A stretch of DNA of 64,000 nucleotides, taken from Eledone cirrhosa. Taxonomy: Eukaryota. The notes beneath the pieces are model-generated. The model was not told where the DNA came from, did not search any database, and worked only from the letters and a program-made list of their open reading frames with translations. The translations under genes and the position numbers were made by a program. Shown piece by piece: positions 1-12,339 of this stretch. The stretch is from NCBI GenBank assembly GCA_964016885.1, contig OZ024753.1, positions 992,001 through 1,056,000 of the forward strand, written 5' to 3'. The stretch's first letter is position 1, and each line of letters opens with the position of its first letter.

Positions 1-744
1 AAACACTTATTGTGCGATACAATGTCAATCTCCATTTGGTGGCTTTAATATGTCTGGAATTGGCAGAGAATTGTAAGTACAAATCATACACAAACACACA
101 TGTGTATACATATACACATATGTCTATATGGACCTGGAACTCTGATGGAGTTGTAGGGACAAATTGTGGTGTGCAGTTATTTATTACACTAACAGGTCCT
201 GCTTACAAGAGATTCGTGTTTCATTGGTATTGTCAATTCATCAGTTTGGCCATCTTGGAGTGGCTATGTTCTTTCTCACCTCTTTTATAGAAGAAATCTA
301 AAGAAAGGGCTAATATTATCTGAGCCCTTGAATGAAGCAAGAAGCAAGCCTCTGGCTCATCTGAGAAGTCAATAGCTCCACTTGAGTACTGACTCAGCCG
401 TGATAACCCGTCTAACTCTTGCTAGCATTAAAAGATGATGATGATATATTCTCTCTTTCAGCATGATATATTCTGTCCTACACCATCTTGTTTTTGTGAC
501 CAAAAACTAGTTGGTGTAGGACAGAATGAGGGAGAGACACAAAATAACAACAAAGGTAGTCATTGAAGAGGTCACAGAATGTTATATAACAGGCTGAATG
601 CGTTAAGTAACTCTATATGTCACTGCTGTAACTAATTATATATATAACTAGTTGCGGCCGGGGACCATTGAGTTAGTGACAGCAATCTTCATTAATTTTA
701 TATAGTATATATATATGTTTGTTTTTCTTTTGTTCAATTTTCAG

Positions 745-784
745 AGGAGAAGATGCCCTCCATGAATACACAGAGGTGAAGAAT
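745..784 (+). CDS. Penultimate coding exon of an ALDH1/2-family aldehyde dehydrogenase (gene begins upstream of window)
   Basis: Polypyrimidine tract and ttttcag acceptor, gtaagt donor. The 40 nt read (x)GEDALHEYTEVKN, matching the ALDH1/2 C-terminal motif GRELGExGxxEYTEVKT. Confidence 0.75.
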
Positions 785-1074
785 GTAAGTAGCTAAGTTT
801 TGTTGACTTATAATGGTTTAACATTCTGACAGAAGGCCAGTAATATTATGTAGAAAGTAGGAAAGTTAATTATATCAACCTCAATATATTACTGGTACTT
901 TATTTTATTGACCTTGCAGGATTTGAACTCAGACAGCAAAGAGCAGTACCCTAACACTACAAACTATTTTTGTTCTGTGCTCTAACAAGTCTGCCAAAAT
1001 ACTAGATCTTTTATGGGAGGGGGCCATTAGACAGGTTTCTATTAATGGACATTAAATGATGATGGTGGTGATGT

Positions 1075-1460
1075 TGAAGGAAGATTATCACTGAAGATTT
1101 GGGCATGTGAAAGATCTGCACGATGGTTGTGCCAAAGCTGCTGAATAATGACCAGAAGGAGCAACACATGCAAGTGTATCAGGACATCCTCGAGCATCTT
1201 GAAACCAAACCAGACTTACCATGAGTCATCAACAGTGATGAGTCCTGGATCTTCGAGTACGACCCATTTTCCGGACATGGTAGCCATCCAAAGGGCCGTG
1301 ATGACAGAGCTGCAAAATATCATGAGAGAATTCTGCCAGGAGTGTATGTAGGCATGGCAGAGAAGGATGTGTTAGCCTCAAAGGGGATTATTTTGAAGGG
1401 GAAAACTTGTAGTTTGGACTTTTTGTAACCACAGTTCTGTTTCTTTTCTGACATACCTTG
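1075..1460 (+). mobile_element. Internally deleted mariner (DD34D) relic with right TIR
   Basis: Decayed frames IITEDLG..K.....VPKLL, DESWIFEYDP, KGDYFEG. Ends tctgacataccttg|TA. Confidence 0.75.
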
Positions 1461-1602
1461 TATATTCATTTATATTCTGAGTTCAAATCCTAGAGATGAT
1501 TTAGCTTTTTACCCTTCCAGATTCAATAACATGAAGTAAGATGAACCAATGACAGCCTGTACATATTCGCAGTACATCTTAGAAATAACAATTGAATGTC
1601 AC

Positions 1603-1819
1603 TTAACCCTTTAGCATTTAAACCGGCCATATCCAGCCAGAATTATCTCAACTGTTTCTGTTTAAACTGGCTGTAACTGGCTACTCATAATGATGTTAAG
1701 ATATTGTTCTCAAAATAAATGATATCAAAATCTCATAGATTTGTTATTATGTGAGATAATTTTGTGAGGTAAAGCCTTTACCATGAAAATATAGAGTAAT
1801 GTAAATACTAAAGGGTTAA
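1603..1819 (+). mobile_element. piggyBac-like MITE, orientation A (also 6644-6770 partial, 32065-32272, 40561-40787, 51877-52105)
   Basis: TTAA|CCCTTTAGCATTTA...TAAATACTAAAGGG|TTAA with a shared ~215-bp body. Confidence 0.8.
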
Positions 1820-2192
1820 AACACACTTTAATCTCTTATTTCAGAAGAGGACATGTTAAATAATGTAATTCTGCATACATTTACAAAGGCAGAATGGTCA
1901 CTAAATAATAAATATCTAAAATATATACCAGCTATATTGTACACAGTTCTAGGAGAGATTTGGCGTGATACGGTATGTCACAAGGTGCACCCTTTCATCT
2001 ACAGATGAAACAACTCATTTTTGCTAGTTGAATGGTTACAGAAACGTGAAATAAAGTGTCTTGCTCAAGGACACAAGATAAGCCAGGAATCGAACTTAAG
2101 ATTATGAACCAAACAACCTAACCACTAAACTATGTGCCTTCATTGTTGGTGATATGAAATGTAGTATCAACCGTTTCTCCGTTGTTCTATAG

Positions 2193-2234
2193 ATTAGCTG
2201 GACAAAGGGAGATAACTCTTTTTCACACTCGTAA
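2193..2234 (+). CDS. Probable terminal coding exon of the ALDH gene (ISWTKGDNSFSHS*)
   Basis: ttctatag acceptor, phase 0 compatible with the previous exon, TAA at 2232-2234. A short last exon after EVK(T/N) resembles the ALDH1/2 gene structure as I recall it. Confidence 0.55.
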   Translation: MSWTKGDNSFSHS

Positions 2235-3296
2235 TTTTTTGTTTTCTACGTGAAGCTTTTCGTGTTTTTGTAGTTTTTCTTATCTTCGTGTGAGCTCTAA
2301 TATAATTTAAAATGTCCCATCAATGACCATGTCATCGATTTTAAATTCGTAGTGTATGTAGGAACATATCGTCTAATGAGTACTTCTTTTTTTTTAATAG
2401 TTGGGAGTCGAAAGTTTTATAAATAACATTATAAATTGTTCGCAATTCGTTCATAAGAACATTACAAATATAATGTCGTTGATAAACACAAATATAAACG
2501 CATAAAAGAGAGGGAAAAAACATGAAGGAAAGGGTGGGGAGACAAAACCGACCATCAATTCACCACCAAGTGCGACAATGGGACGCACATCACATCATAA
2601 GGATTAAGTGCTTTGAGAGAGATCTATCTGCTAATCCTAGCAAATCGCAAGACTACGTTCAGGCTCTCCCGTTTGTATTTTCATGTTGCTGATGCAGATG
2701 ACCAAAGATATCTAATGTGGTCCTTTCTTTTTTAACTCTTGACAGCCTAAACGGCCATAGTTTTATGATACGAATCTCTCCATTTTAAAATATTCTTAAT
2801 ATACCATCAACATTTATTAAAAGATATTTTTCTAAGTAATGTTGAAAGCACCAATTTAATAATGAAAAGGTTAATTATTTTAACAAATTCTTCCATATAT
2901 CTTATAATTTTCAAAATTAATTGACGTACATAGGTAGTGTATTTAATTAGAAATAGTGTTGTTAAGTAGAGAAAAATATGAAGGGAGATTTGGTTTGTAT
3001 TTCTAACAAGCCGAATAACCACATAGATTCTCTTGTTACCTCATGTTATTGTAGAACAGACCCAGTTCAACTTTGATCCAGCAGATGTATGAATAAAAGC
3101 ATCCCAGCTGTAACTATACCATCTTTTATCAGGAGTGATATATCTTGGACTACAAGATGCAATGACCTTCCATTTTAAAAACAATAGAGACATTATTTGA
3201 AGGAGAGTTGACTGCCATTCTTAGCAGATCAATCAACCATTTTATGTACAGGTTGAACTAAAGTCAAAGAAAGCCAAGTTGACACCAAGATATATA

Positions 3297-3397
3297 CAGG
3301 GTGTCTCCAAAAAATATATACACACTTCAACAGCATTCTAATAAATATTACCTGTACAGGTAATCAAAGTATATATACATTTTTGGGAGACACTCTA
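3297..3397. mobile_element. ~100-bp Tc1/mariner-type MITE (second copy 29665-29763)
   Basis: TA flanks, TIR cagggtgtctccaaaaa / tttttgggagacactct, conserved core in both copies. Confidence 0.75.
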
Positions 3398-4743
3398 TAT
3401 CTAAAATAAGAGAATTATTAAAGATATTAAAACGTGTACACATCTAACTAAAATAAGTTACCATTACTGATCTTGAACTACAAGATCTCATGTATTCTTT
3501 CATTTATTTTATGACACAGAATGTCATTTTGTAGCTATTTCTACCACATCAAGTAACTTAACTGCATAGAAAGCTCCCAATATCAGTGGTTTGCCATATA
3601 AAGTGCCATGTAGAAGACTGGGTATATAAAGGAAAAGGTCAAATCAGTTACTGGCAAGTGTTATTTATAATGGTCTCAATCATACAGTGGACTGCTACAT
3701 TAGTCAACAATCTTTCTTCTAGTGACCTTTGACCTTTACAGCAATGATAACAATTTGTACAGTTAGTACATATAAATCTATTTCTGTGGTGGAGGTTGTT
3801 TTTTTTTTTTTTGTTTGGTGGGTTTTTTTTTATTGTTTAGACAGGAGAAAGAATAGTTCCCAGGACTCTTTTTAGGGCCACTGAGACTGGTGGAAGAGAA
3901 AGAGGAAAGTATCCTTTATCCGTGAAGTAGAATATTTATAACAGAGTAGATGCTGCCAAAGATACCCAAGGGCTAGGTGGTGGTGTTAAACTAGGCAGCT
4001 AATAGTCTACCATCTAATTAACTGGGTAAATGATTTGTAGGGGCTGTACAAGCCATGTACAGGGATACATACAGCAAGGTGAGCATTAACAATTGAGAAT
4101 AATGATGAATTTTGTATGCAAATAAGGGTCCACCAGTGCTTACTTCTCAGTCCCCTTCTATTTATAGGGTCATAGAGGTGCTGTATTGACATACTGCGTT
4201 TCTTTGACATTTTAAGCCTGGCAGATCCCATCCCTCTCCAAGGCTGAGTATAGCAGATTTCTTCCAGAGAAAGATAGAAAGTGGGAGAGAGGAAATGAGA
4301 AAGAGATATAGAAGAGGAATCGACCCCAGTACTAGACTAGTACTTTTTTTTATCAACCTCAAAAGGATGAAAAGCAAAGTTAACTTCGGCGGGATATGAG
4401 TTCAGGGAGCCAGAACGAATACCATAAAGCATTCTATCCAACATTCTAATGGTTCTGCCGTCTACAAAAGCTATAGTAGAGTTAGACAAATTCCAAGCAT
4501 GAAAGCAAAACCTGTAATTGTAAGACCTCAAAGTAAAGTTCTAGTGAACTGTCTGTGCTCAGTTTGCAGAAAAGGAGTAGGGAGAAATTCCATATGGTGT
4601 ACACAATGTAAATTATAGATATACAAGAGATGTAGTGGAAGCAAAGGCAGGTTAACAAAACTGCAAGTGTCATATGTATATATATAAATTATATTTGGAA
4701 AAAGGAAACAAGATAAAGAAAAATTTACCTATCTATTTAGAAT

Positions 4744-4812
4744 GTCCATACTATAGTTTCATTGAGTAACTTCAGTTTTGAGCACTGTGGAAACCTCAAC
4801 TTATCAGAGAAC
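4744..4812 (-). ncRNA. Degenerate type I hammerhead motif
   Basis: GUUCU-CUGAUAA-GUUGAG...CUCAAU-GAAA-CUAUAG-UA^UGGAC. G8->A in core, palindromic stem III. Confidence 0.5.
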
Positions 4813-5440
4813 TTTTTAACAAGAAAGAATTCTCCTAAAATTTTCTGCTACCAGCAATAATTTCGAATTGGGAGAATTATCATGAGATTTATGGTCAACA
4901 GAGGGGCAATAGTAGGTTGATAATGGCAAGTAATGGGGCTGCTAGTAGAAGCAGTCGCAGTGTGATTTGGTCAAATCTTTTTACTCAACCTTTAGGGAAT
5001 AATTAACAAATTTACTGCAGAAGAAGAAAAAAAAAAAATATATATATATATATTGTGGAGGCATGTGGCTAATTGGTTAGAGAATTGGATTCACAATCAT
5101 TAGGTTATGAGTTGGAATTACTTGACTGGGTGATGAATTATATTTTTGAGCAAGACACTTGCTCCTTCTGGCTGGATTTGCGACCGGTAGATAGTATTAG
5201 CAATTGGAAAGACCAATGGAAACATTGTTTCCTCGGTCCGATTTGACGAGGTCTGGGATTTTGTTGATCGACTGTCGATATATATCATCATCACCATTTT
5301 ATGTACGTTCTTCCACGCTAGCATGGGTAATATGAAGGATTCAGGACCCCGACAGCTGAGCTCCTGCCATTTCAACAGCTAGATCCGAACAGATCTAGCT
5401 GTTGAAATGGGAGCTCAGCCATCAGCATCCCGAATCTTTC

Positions 5441-5544
5441 ATATATATATATATATACAATTTCTCCCTACTATATATATATATATATATATATATACAA
5501 TTTCTCCCTACTATATATATATATATATATATACAATTTCTCCC

Positions 5545-5579
<35 letters not shown>

Positions 5580-5624
5580 TTCTCCCTACTATATATATAT
5601 ATATATATATATACAATTTCTCCC

Positions 5625-5669
<45 letters not shown>

Positions 5670-5717
5670 TTCTCCCTACTATATATATATATATATATAT
5701 ATACAATTTCTCTCTAC
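5441..5717. repeat. Compound array: 14-mer CAATTTCTCCCTAC x6 (+1 variant) separated by variable (TA)n
   Basis: Units start at 5458, 5498, 5534, 5576, 5614, 5666, 5704. Confidence 0.95.
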
Positions 5718-6231
5718 TCCTTTTCTGCAAACTGAGCACAGACAGTTCACTAAAACTTTACTTTGAGGTCTTACAATTACACATTTGTGTTTAACCTTTC
5801 ATAGTTTTCTTTGAAGAATGATAGTCATAGAATCACACAGAAAGGGACTGAAATAATACAGTGATATCTATATTTTGAAGAAAGAAAAAAAAAAAGGAAG
5901 AAAGAATGTATGAATGACAGAACAACAAAAATAAAAAAATATTTACAAAATAAAAACTATATTCATTCAATGATTCAGACATAAACAGGACAGGAAGTTT
6001 CTTGAAATATATACAATGGTGACCAATCTTTATGTATTTGTATTTACATACATACTTATTCCTATTCATACATACCCTCTTACACAGGATTTGATAAGAA
6101 TTTTTTAGAAATTCACTTCACAAAGTAGATAGTAGCGGTCGTTCCCCTGGCAGTGGAGATTTGGTTGAAAGTGTGTTTATATATATATATAAACTTTTCA
6201 TCATAATCATGTTTAAGTTATGCTTAATAAT

Positions 6232-6408
6232 TGTTTCTACTTTTGGCACAAGGCCAGCAATTACCCAGTGCAATACTGGTACTTTATTTTATCGACCCCG
6301 TAAGGATGAAAGGCAAAGTTAACCTCGGCGGGATTTGAACTCAGAATGGCAAGGGCCGTAGTGTTATGCGTCAAAGCATGGCGTCCGACCCTCTACCGAT
6401 ACTGCCAA
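6232..6408 (-). mobile_element. Young SINE with Meta-type core (near-identical copies 29914-30102, 63762-63940; related 40371-40560, 40967-41180; + strand 10720-10818, 17424-17552, 20667-20779)
   Basis: B-box gagttcaaatccc plus core gcctttcatccttacggggtcgataaaataaagtacc. 13-bp TSD tatgcttaataat at 6219-6231 and 6409-6421. Confidence 0.8.
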
Positions 6409-7739
6409 TATGCTTAATAATGATTTGTAACGAAAGAGTTAAACATGCACACATATACACCCACATATATTTACTCACATTCCTATACATGGGAACAGCT
6501 TTTCCTTTAGCTATATTTAAAAGACAAATATTTTCAGATTTCAGTATTTTTATTAGTTATTTTTTTCAAATTTTCCTGAGTTTCTTGCTGTTTATTTGGA
6601 AGAATAAAGTGTCTAGACTCTCACATCTTTATGATTTAACCTATTAACTTTTAAACAGGCCATATCTTTCCTGCTGCTCATACTGATGTTATGGTAATGT
6701 TCTCAAAAAAAAAAAGATTCAATATTATGTGAGATAATGTGAGGTAAAACTTTTACTGTGAAAATACAATGGTATATCAGCAGGCTATGAAATGTTATTG
6801 GCTTCTGTATTGTCACTTTTATTGTCAAATGAAACAATATACACAAATCATAAACAAAATAAACATCTGATGGATCATCATCATCATCATCGTTTAACTT
6901 CCATTTTCCATGCTAGCATGGGTTAGACGGGTTGTCCCATTTGAGGCAAGTTGGGTCAGGTGACGAGCCGGATCAGTTGCAGACGGTTGCTTCTGACAGG
7001 ACCTGTTGGAAAGAGTGTTTGAGAATTCTACCCCACTCTCCACTCCCTAAATTAAGTGGGTGAAGAAGATATATAAGAGTGTTGTAGTTTGCTTGAAGCA
7101 TTATGCGTTAAGTATAAGAAGGTTTGTAATTCGAAGGCTGCGACAATGCGAAAAGTGTGGTACGATTCAATCTGTACACCTTATATATACATATGTATAT
7201 GGCTATGGTATTTATTTACGGAATTCTACGTCCCGTGTTCAAATCCTGCTGAAATAAATTTTGTTATTTCATCCTTCTAGGGGTGATAAAAGAAAGTATT
7301 AGTCAACAACTGAGACCGATTTCAATTTCCTATAACACGATAGGGTGACACTGTAATAACCAAGCGCCCTCGAGAGCATCACCAGATACATCTGTAAGGT
7401 GAGCAATGACAAACAAAGCTCGTTGTCAGCGGCCCAACTCCTCTAAACCCCTCGAATGTCACAGGCGTTCCATTGTCTTATCTTCGTCATCACTTGCTGC
7501 AATGCTGCGAGTGTGTTGGCTTGCTTCAAAGAATTATTAGAGGGAACTTCAATTGTCCCTTGTGGTGTGTGACTGCGTAAGCGAGTCTTTTCCCATTCAT
7601 CCCCCTTTTTTTAACATAAATTTCCTATTTCTTAAATATAAATTTCCTATAAAGCATTCTAATTGTGAATGGAATTATTATACAAGTCAAAGTCTAAAAG
7701 TAGCCATTGTTCCAAGAATACTCTTGTGTGCGACAGTGG

Positions 7740-7963
7740 TTTAGCCGTTAAGCTCGTCTCACTGTGAATCAACACTTGACATTAGAAGAGAGAGGGGGCA
7801 CCCTCTAGTGATAGAGATAGGAAAATAACGAAAAACAAAAACAAAACAAAAAACACACTAGTTGCTAGCAAGGGGCACATAACTCTTACCTCTGACGTCA
7901 GACAAACATGGAGGCTTATGTCCTTTCACGATGTCCAGAGATGTTTTGATGTTTCAGGTAAGT
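7740..7963 (+). promoter_or_regulatory. Candidate promoter/first exon with CRE and CTCF-like motifs
   Basis: Non-repetitive CpG-retaining DNA, perfect CRE TGACGTCA at 7893-7900, CTCF-like gcaccctctagtga (~7798) and ctagcaaggggcac (~7865), consensus donor CAG|GTAAGT at 7957/7958. Confidence 0.45.
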
Positions 7964-8552
7964 GAAGACCAGTATTATATTGGACGGGGTGTAACCAATT
8001 CCTTTTATCTCACACGATAAATTCTGGATCTACAATCCCCACTGATCAATAGAATCCATGCAATAGGTGATAGCGTGGTAATTATTTTACGGATAAGGCA
8101 CCTGTTACAATTCGGAAAAAAAAAAAAACAATCGATGTACTTAAAACATGACAGTCACTAAGACACAACACATATATATATTTTTTGTGTGTCTACATGT
8201 CACACACACACGCATATAATATATATATATGTGTGTGTATAAATGACATCTGTCTAAATGAAGTAAAGAAGAAAAAAAAAACAATGAACATCGTTTAACA
8301 CACACATATCTATCTATATCTCTCTATATATATATCAATACAAATCCGAGACAATATTCATTTGGTTTTGGTTTATTAAATAAAATCCGTAGTATATATT
8401 TCACTGAGGACTATCAGTTACGACAGCCGGAGCTTCTCAAACGGTAAACCCATAAAACAACGAAATATTAAAAAAAAAAAGCTTAAGATTTGGAAGAGGT
8501 TTATTTTTGTTGATACAGGGGACCACCAAACGTGTGATGCTATTTCCCCATG

Positions 8553-8584
<32 letters not shown>

Positions 8585-9590
8585 CACACATGTGTGTGTG
8601 TATTGTTTGCATGCAAAGCTTAAGGAGCGCGCAGTAAAATTGAAATGAAAGAATTTTAGGCCACTACATTCGGTATTGGCTATAAATATAGTTGAGTAAA
8701 ATAGGGAATATATATATATAACGAATGAATTGTGGTAAGGAACCAGATGGACCATAACGCACCTGAGTACTCAATACTTAGGGTAGTAGAGTGGGTAATA
8801 GGAAAAGGTATGACCCCGACGGCAGACCTCAAGCCGTTTCAACGGCTATTTCTGAACTCATATAGCCGTCGAAACGGCTTGAGCTCTGCCGTCGGGGTCA
8901 TACCTTTTCCTATATATATATATATATAAGATTATGTGTTTATAATATTGTAGTGTTTAAAACATTAAATAAAAGAGTGTTCAATATTGGTGGGTAGAGT
9001 ACACAAATTTAAGTGATAGTGACTTCGAAGTTTCAGCTTATTCACTTCATCTGATGTTTATAATAATAATAATATTAAGATGAACTTTCATCATAGCGAA
9101 AGGAAAAGGCAACGAGACAAGCTATGGAGAGTGTTTGGAAGAAACAGAAAATACCAGTTTAAAATAAATCAAAAGATACTAGAAAACATGCGTTGTTCTC
9201 GGCATTACTTCGCATTATTATTTGTTAGATGTATTGATTGATTTAATGTTTTATAAATAATGTTGATCTCAATTTCTTCTTCATTTGCCTCTGTATCCGT
9301 CCATATCTATCTAGCCATACATATTTATTCTCACATATATAGTGAATCGGTGTGTATTGATACTTCATACTTCGTTCCTGCTCATATATATATATATATA
9401 TAATGTAGAAGTTATATTTAAATTGTTGGGATACAACAAGCAAATATTTTTATAACTGATATAAAGCACTCAACAAATTATTGGAGTAAAAATACGATAT
9501 ATTAACAAATGGAAACTATATTTATAAAACCATGGTCGCATTCTTTAAGGGTATGTCAATATTTATTTAGAAAACTGGTCTATATTATAT

Positions 9591-9649
9591 TTTATCTGAT
9601 GAAAGCACACCATAATTTAACTTGGTGTCCTTGAAATATGTATAATAAA
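9591..9649 (+). ncRNA. Type I hammerhead ribozyme motif with intact core
   Basis: UUUAU-CUGAUGA-AAGcACACCA(loop)UGGUGUcCUU-GAAA-UAUGUA-UA^AUAAA. Stems I and II pair, stem III is near-palindromic. Confidence 0.7.
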
Positions 9650-9826
9650 TATGGTTTTATAAATATAGTTTCCATTTGTTAATAATCGTATAGATATCGT
9701 CTCCTTGAACTATATATATATATATATATATATAGTTCAAGGAGACGATATATATTTTATGTGCGTATTTAATCAAAATAAAACTTTATACATAAATCAT
9801 CACAGCCGAGGCTTTATCCTCACACA

Positions 9827-9861
<35 letters not shown>

Positions 9862-10845
9862 AAGACGTTCATATAGACACAAGAATATGTTTATATATAA
9901 AAAATAGCTGTTTATATGTATGTGTATCAATCTATAACAAACTAATTCTTAAGCACTAGATAGATATATTATACTCGACAGAGAATCCTTATTTCAACCA
10001 GCTCCTGTTAGTAGCAGACAGTCACCAATATTATTTAGTGTTCTGTACACCAGACATTATATTGTATTTATGTATGTATAGTTATTTCTATTTAGTTACA
10101 AACACTGGCGAATGCTTTATGGGAACACTGAAGTGGACTAGTTGTGCCTCTCATTCCCTCTCTCTCTCTGTATATATATATATATATTTATATATATACA
10201 CACACACACACATATATATATATTATTGCTGGGACTCCCGTTTCGACATTTGGAAGCTAATTTCATTTTCGCTGAATCCGCCACCAATAGCGAAACTTGG
10301 TGTCCCAGTCAATGGTATTTCCTCCACCAGTAACTCTTTGTTGTTATTTAATTTCCCATAAGTTCACAATCCACAACAATAAACCTATATATAAAATACT
10401 TTTCTAATATAAGCATCATCATCATCATCATCATCATTCGTCGACTACTGTCGAGATGATGGATCTCACTCTCATGCCCCAGAACTCCCTGTCCCCCATC
10501 GCTGCCCCCAGGTCCTAATATGAGCACAAGGCCAGGAAGTTTTCGGAGGTGTGTTGGTGATGAGAGAACTTAATTATATTTCCCTCAGTTATCGACAGTT
10601 GGCCCCAGAAGGATGAAAAACAACGTTGACAGAGACAGGTTTTGAACTCACAACCTAAAGAGTTGTAGCAAATACTGCAAAGCATTTTGTCCGACTATCT
10701 ATTGATCGTGCCAGTCCACCGAGGTTAACTTTGCCTTTCATCCTTACAGGGTCGATAAAATAAAGTACCAGTAATGCACTGGGTGATTGCTGGCCTTGTG
10801 CCAAAAGTAGAAACAATTATAATAACATAAACACAGCTGTGTGAG

Positions 10846-10899
<54 letters not shown>

Positions 10900-11039
10900 G
10901 TGTATGCGTACGTTTGTATATTATTAAAAGTGAATAGAGCTGCTTCATTCTCTATATAGAGAATATGTAAATTCCACGTGACTGTTTGACACACACACAC
11001 ACATATGTGTGCGTGTAAGTGTATAACACACACACACAC

Positions 11040-11108
<69 letters not shown>

Positions 11109-12339
11109 TGTTTGTGTATTATGTAGCACAGACTATATATAGCCCCATAATCACATACTAAACAGAAATGTGTGTGTGTGTGTATATATATAAACAACCG
11201 AGGGTGGTAGAACTATCTGCTTCCGACAGATTCTCTATACATGTATTATTCCGCCGATCTTTATTTTCACGTCGAAGAGACTTTTAATACTGGCATTCGG
11301 GTGTTCCCATCCGCCATATAACAAGCACTAGAAACTCACTGTCAATGAAGTTCCCTCCGCCCCTATATGGCACAGACTGACAATGGCAGTCCTATTAAAT
11401 GACGACACCAACAGTTTGTCTTGTTTCGTTATATATGTGTGTGTGTGTGTATATATATATATGTGTGTGTGTATTTATATTTGTGTGTGTCGTTGTTATC
11501 CATCCTTTAGGCTATGTATCCCTGCGTGTGTCTAAAATGTGTCTTGTCTATCCATCTATCTTTCGTTAATGATCAAATATCTTGTTTACCAGAGAATGTA
11601 TGTGTTAAACTAATTCTTAAAGAATGAAAGAGAACTAGTCCTGTAATGACCACATTCACTATCTGTGTTAAGTACTTTGCTTCAGTTATGGTTCTTTAGT
11701 TCCAAACAGAAAAGAATAACAAGAATATATATATATATATACTGTATATATATATATATATAGCGAGGGAGAGAGGAAAAAGGGTTAGTCTGGATCTAGC
11801 TGACGAAACGGCCGGAGCTCAGTCGTCGGGGTCCTGACTCTTTTCCTATTACCAAGTCTACTACCCTAAGTATCAAGTACCCTGGTGTGTTATGGTCCAC
11901 CTGGTATCTTACCACACCTTCTTTGTTTTATATATATATATATATATATCATATATATAGATATATTTTGATAAAAAAAACTGGGAGGTTATATCCGAAG
12001 TTGGTAGAGCGCTCAGTTCAAAGGATGAGTTTGCTATAGAGTTAGTCCCACACGTATCCTCGATTATGATTTGCTAATTTGTTGTGGAACTAACCAACTA
12101 TATATATATCATCATCATCATCATCGTTTAGCGTCCATCTTCCATGCTAGCATGGGTTTGTCCCATGGAGGCAAGTTGGGTCAGGTTACTGTGTCTTGCT
12201 CATATAGGACTGTTTCTGGCTAGATTTCTATGGCTGGATGCCCTTCCTAATGCCGACCACATTTACAGTGTGTGCTGGGTGCTTTTGTTGTCTCCTACAT
12301 GACCACTATATATAAACACACAGGCATATATATATATAT

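Noticed and set aside
5441-5717. CRISPR-like repeat/spacer appearance
   Set aside because: The repeat is only 14 bp, the spacers are pure (TA)n, there are no cas genes, and the context is eukaryotic.
5402-5794. YIYI/CVCV/HTHT ORFs here and at 10.9, 17.8, 21.5, 49 and 63.5 kb
   Set aside because: Translations of microsatellites.
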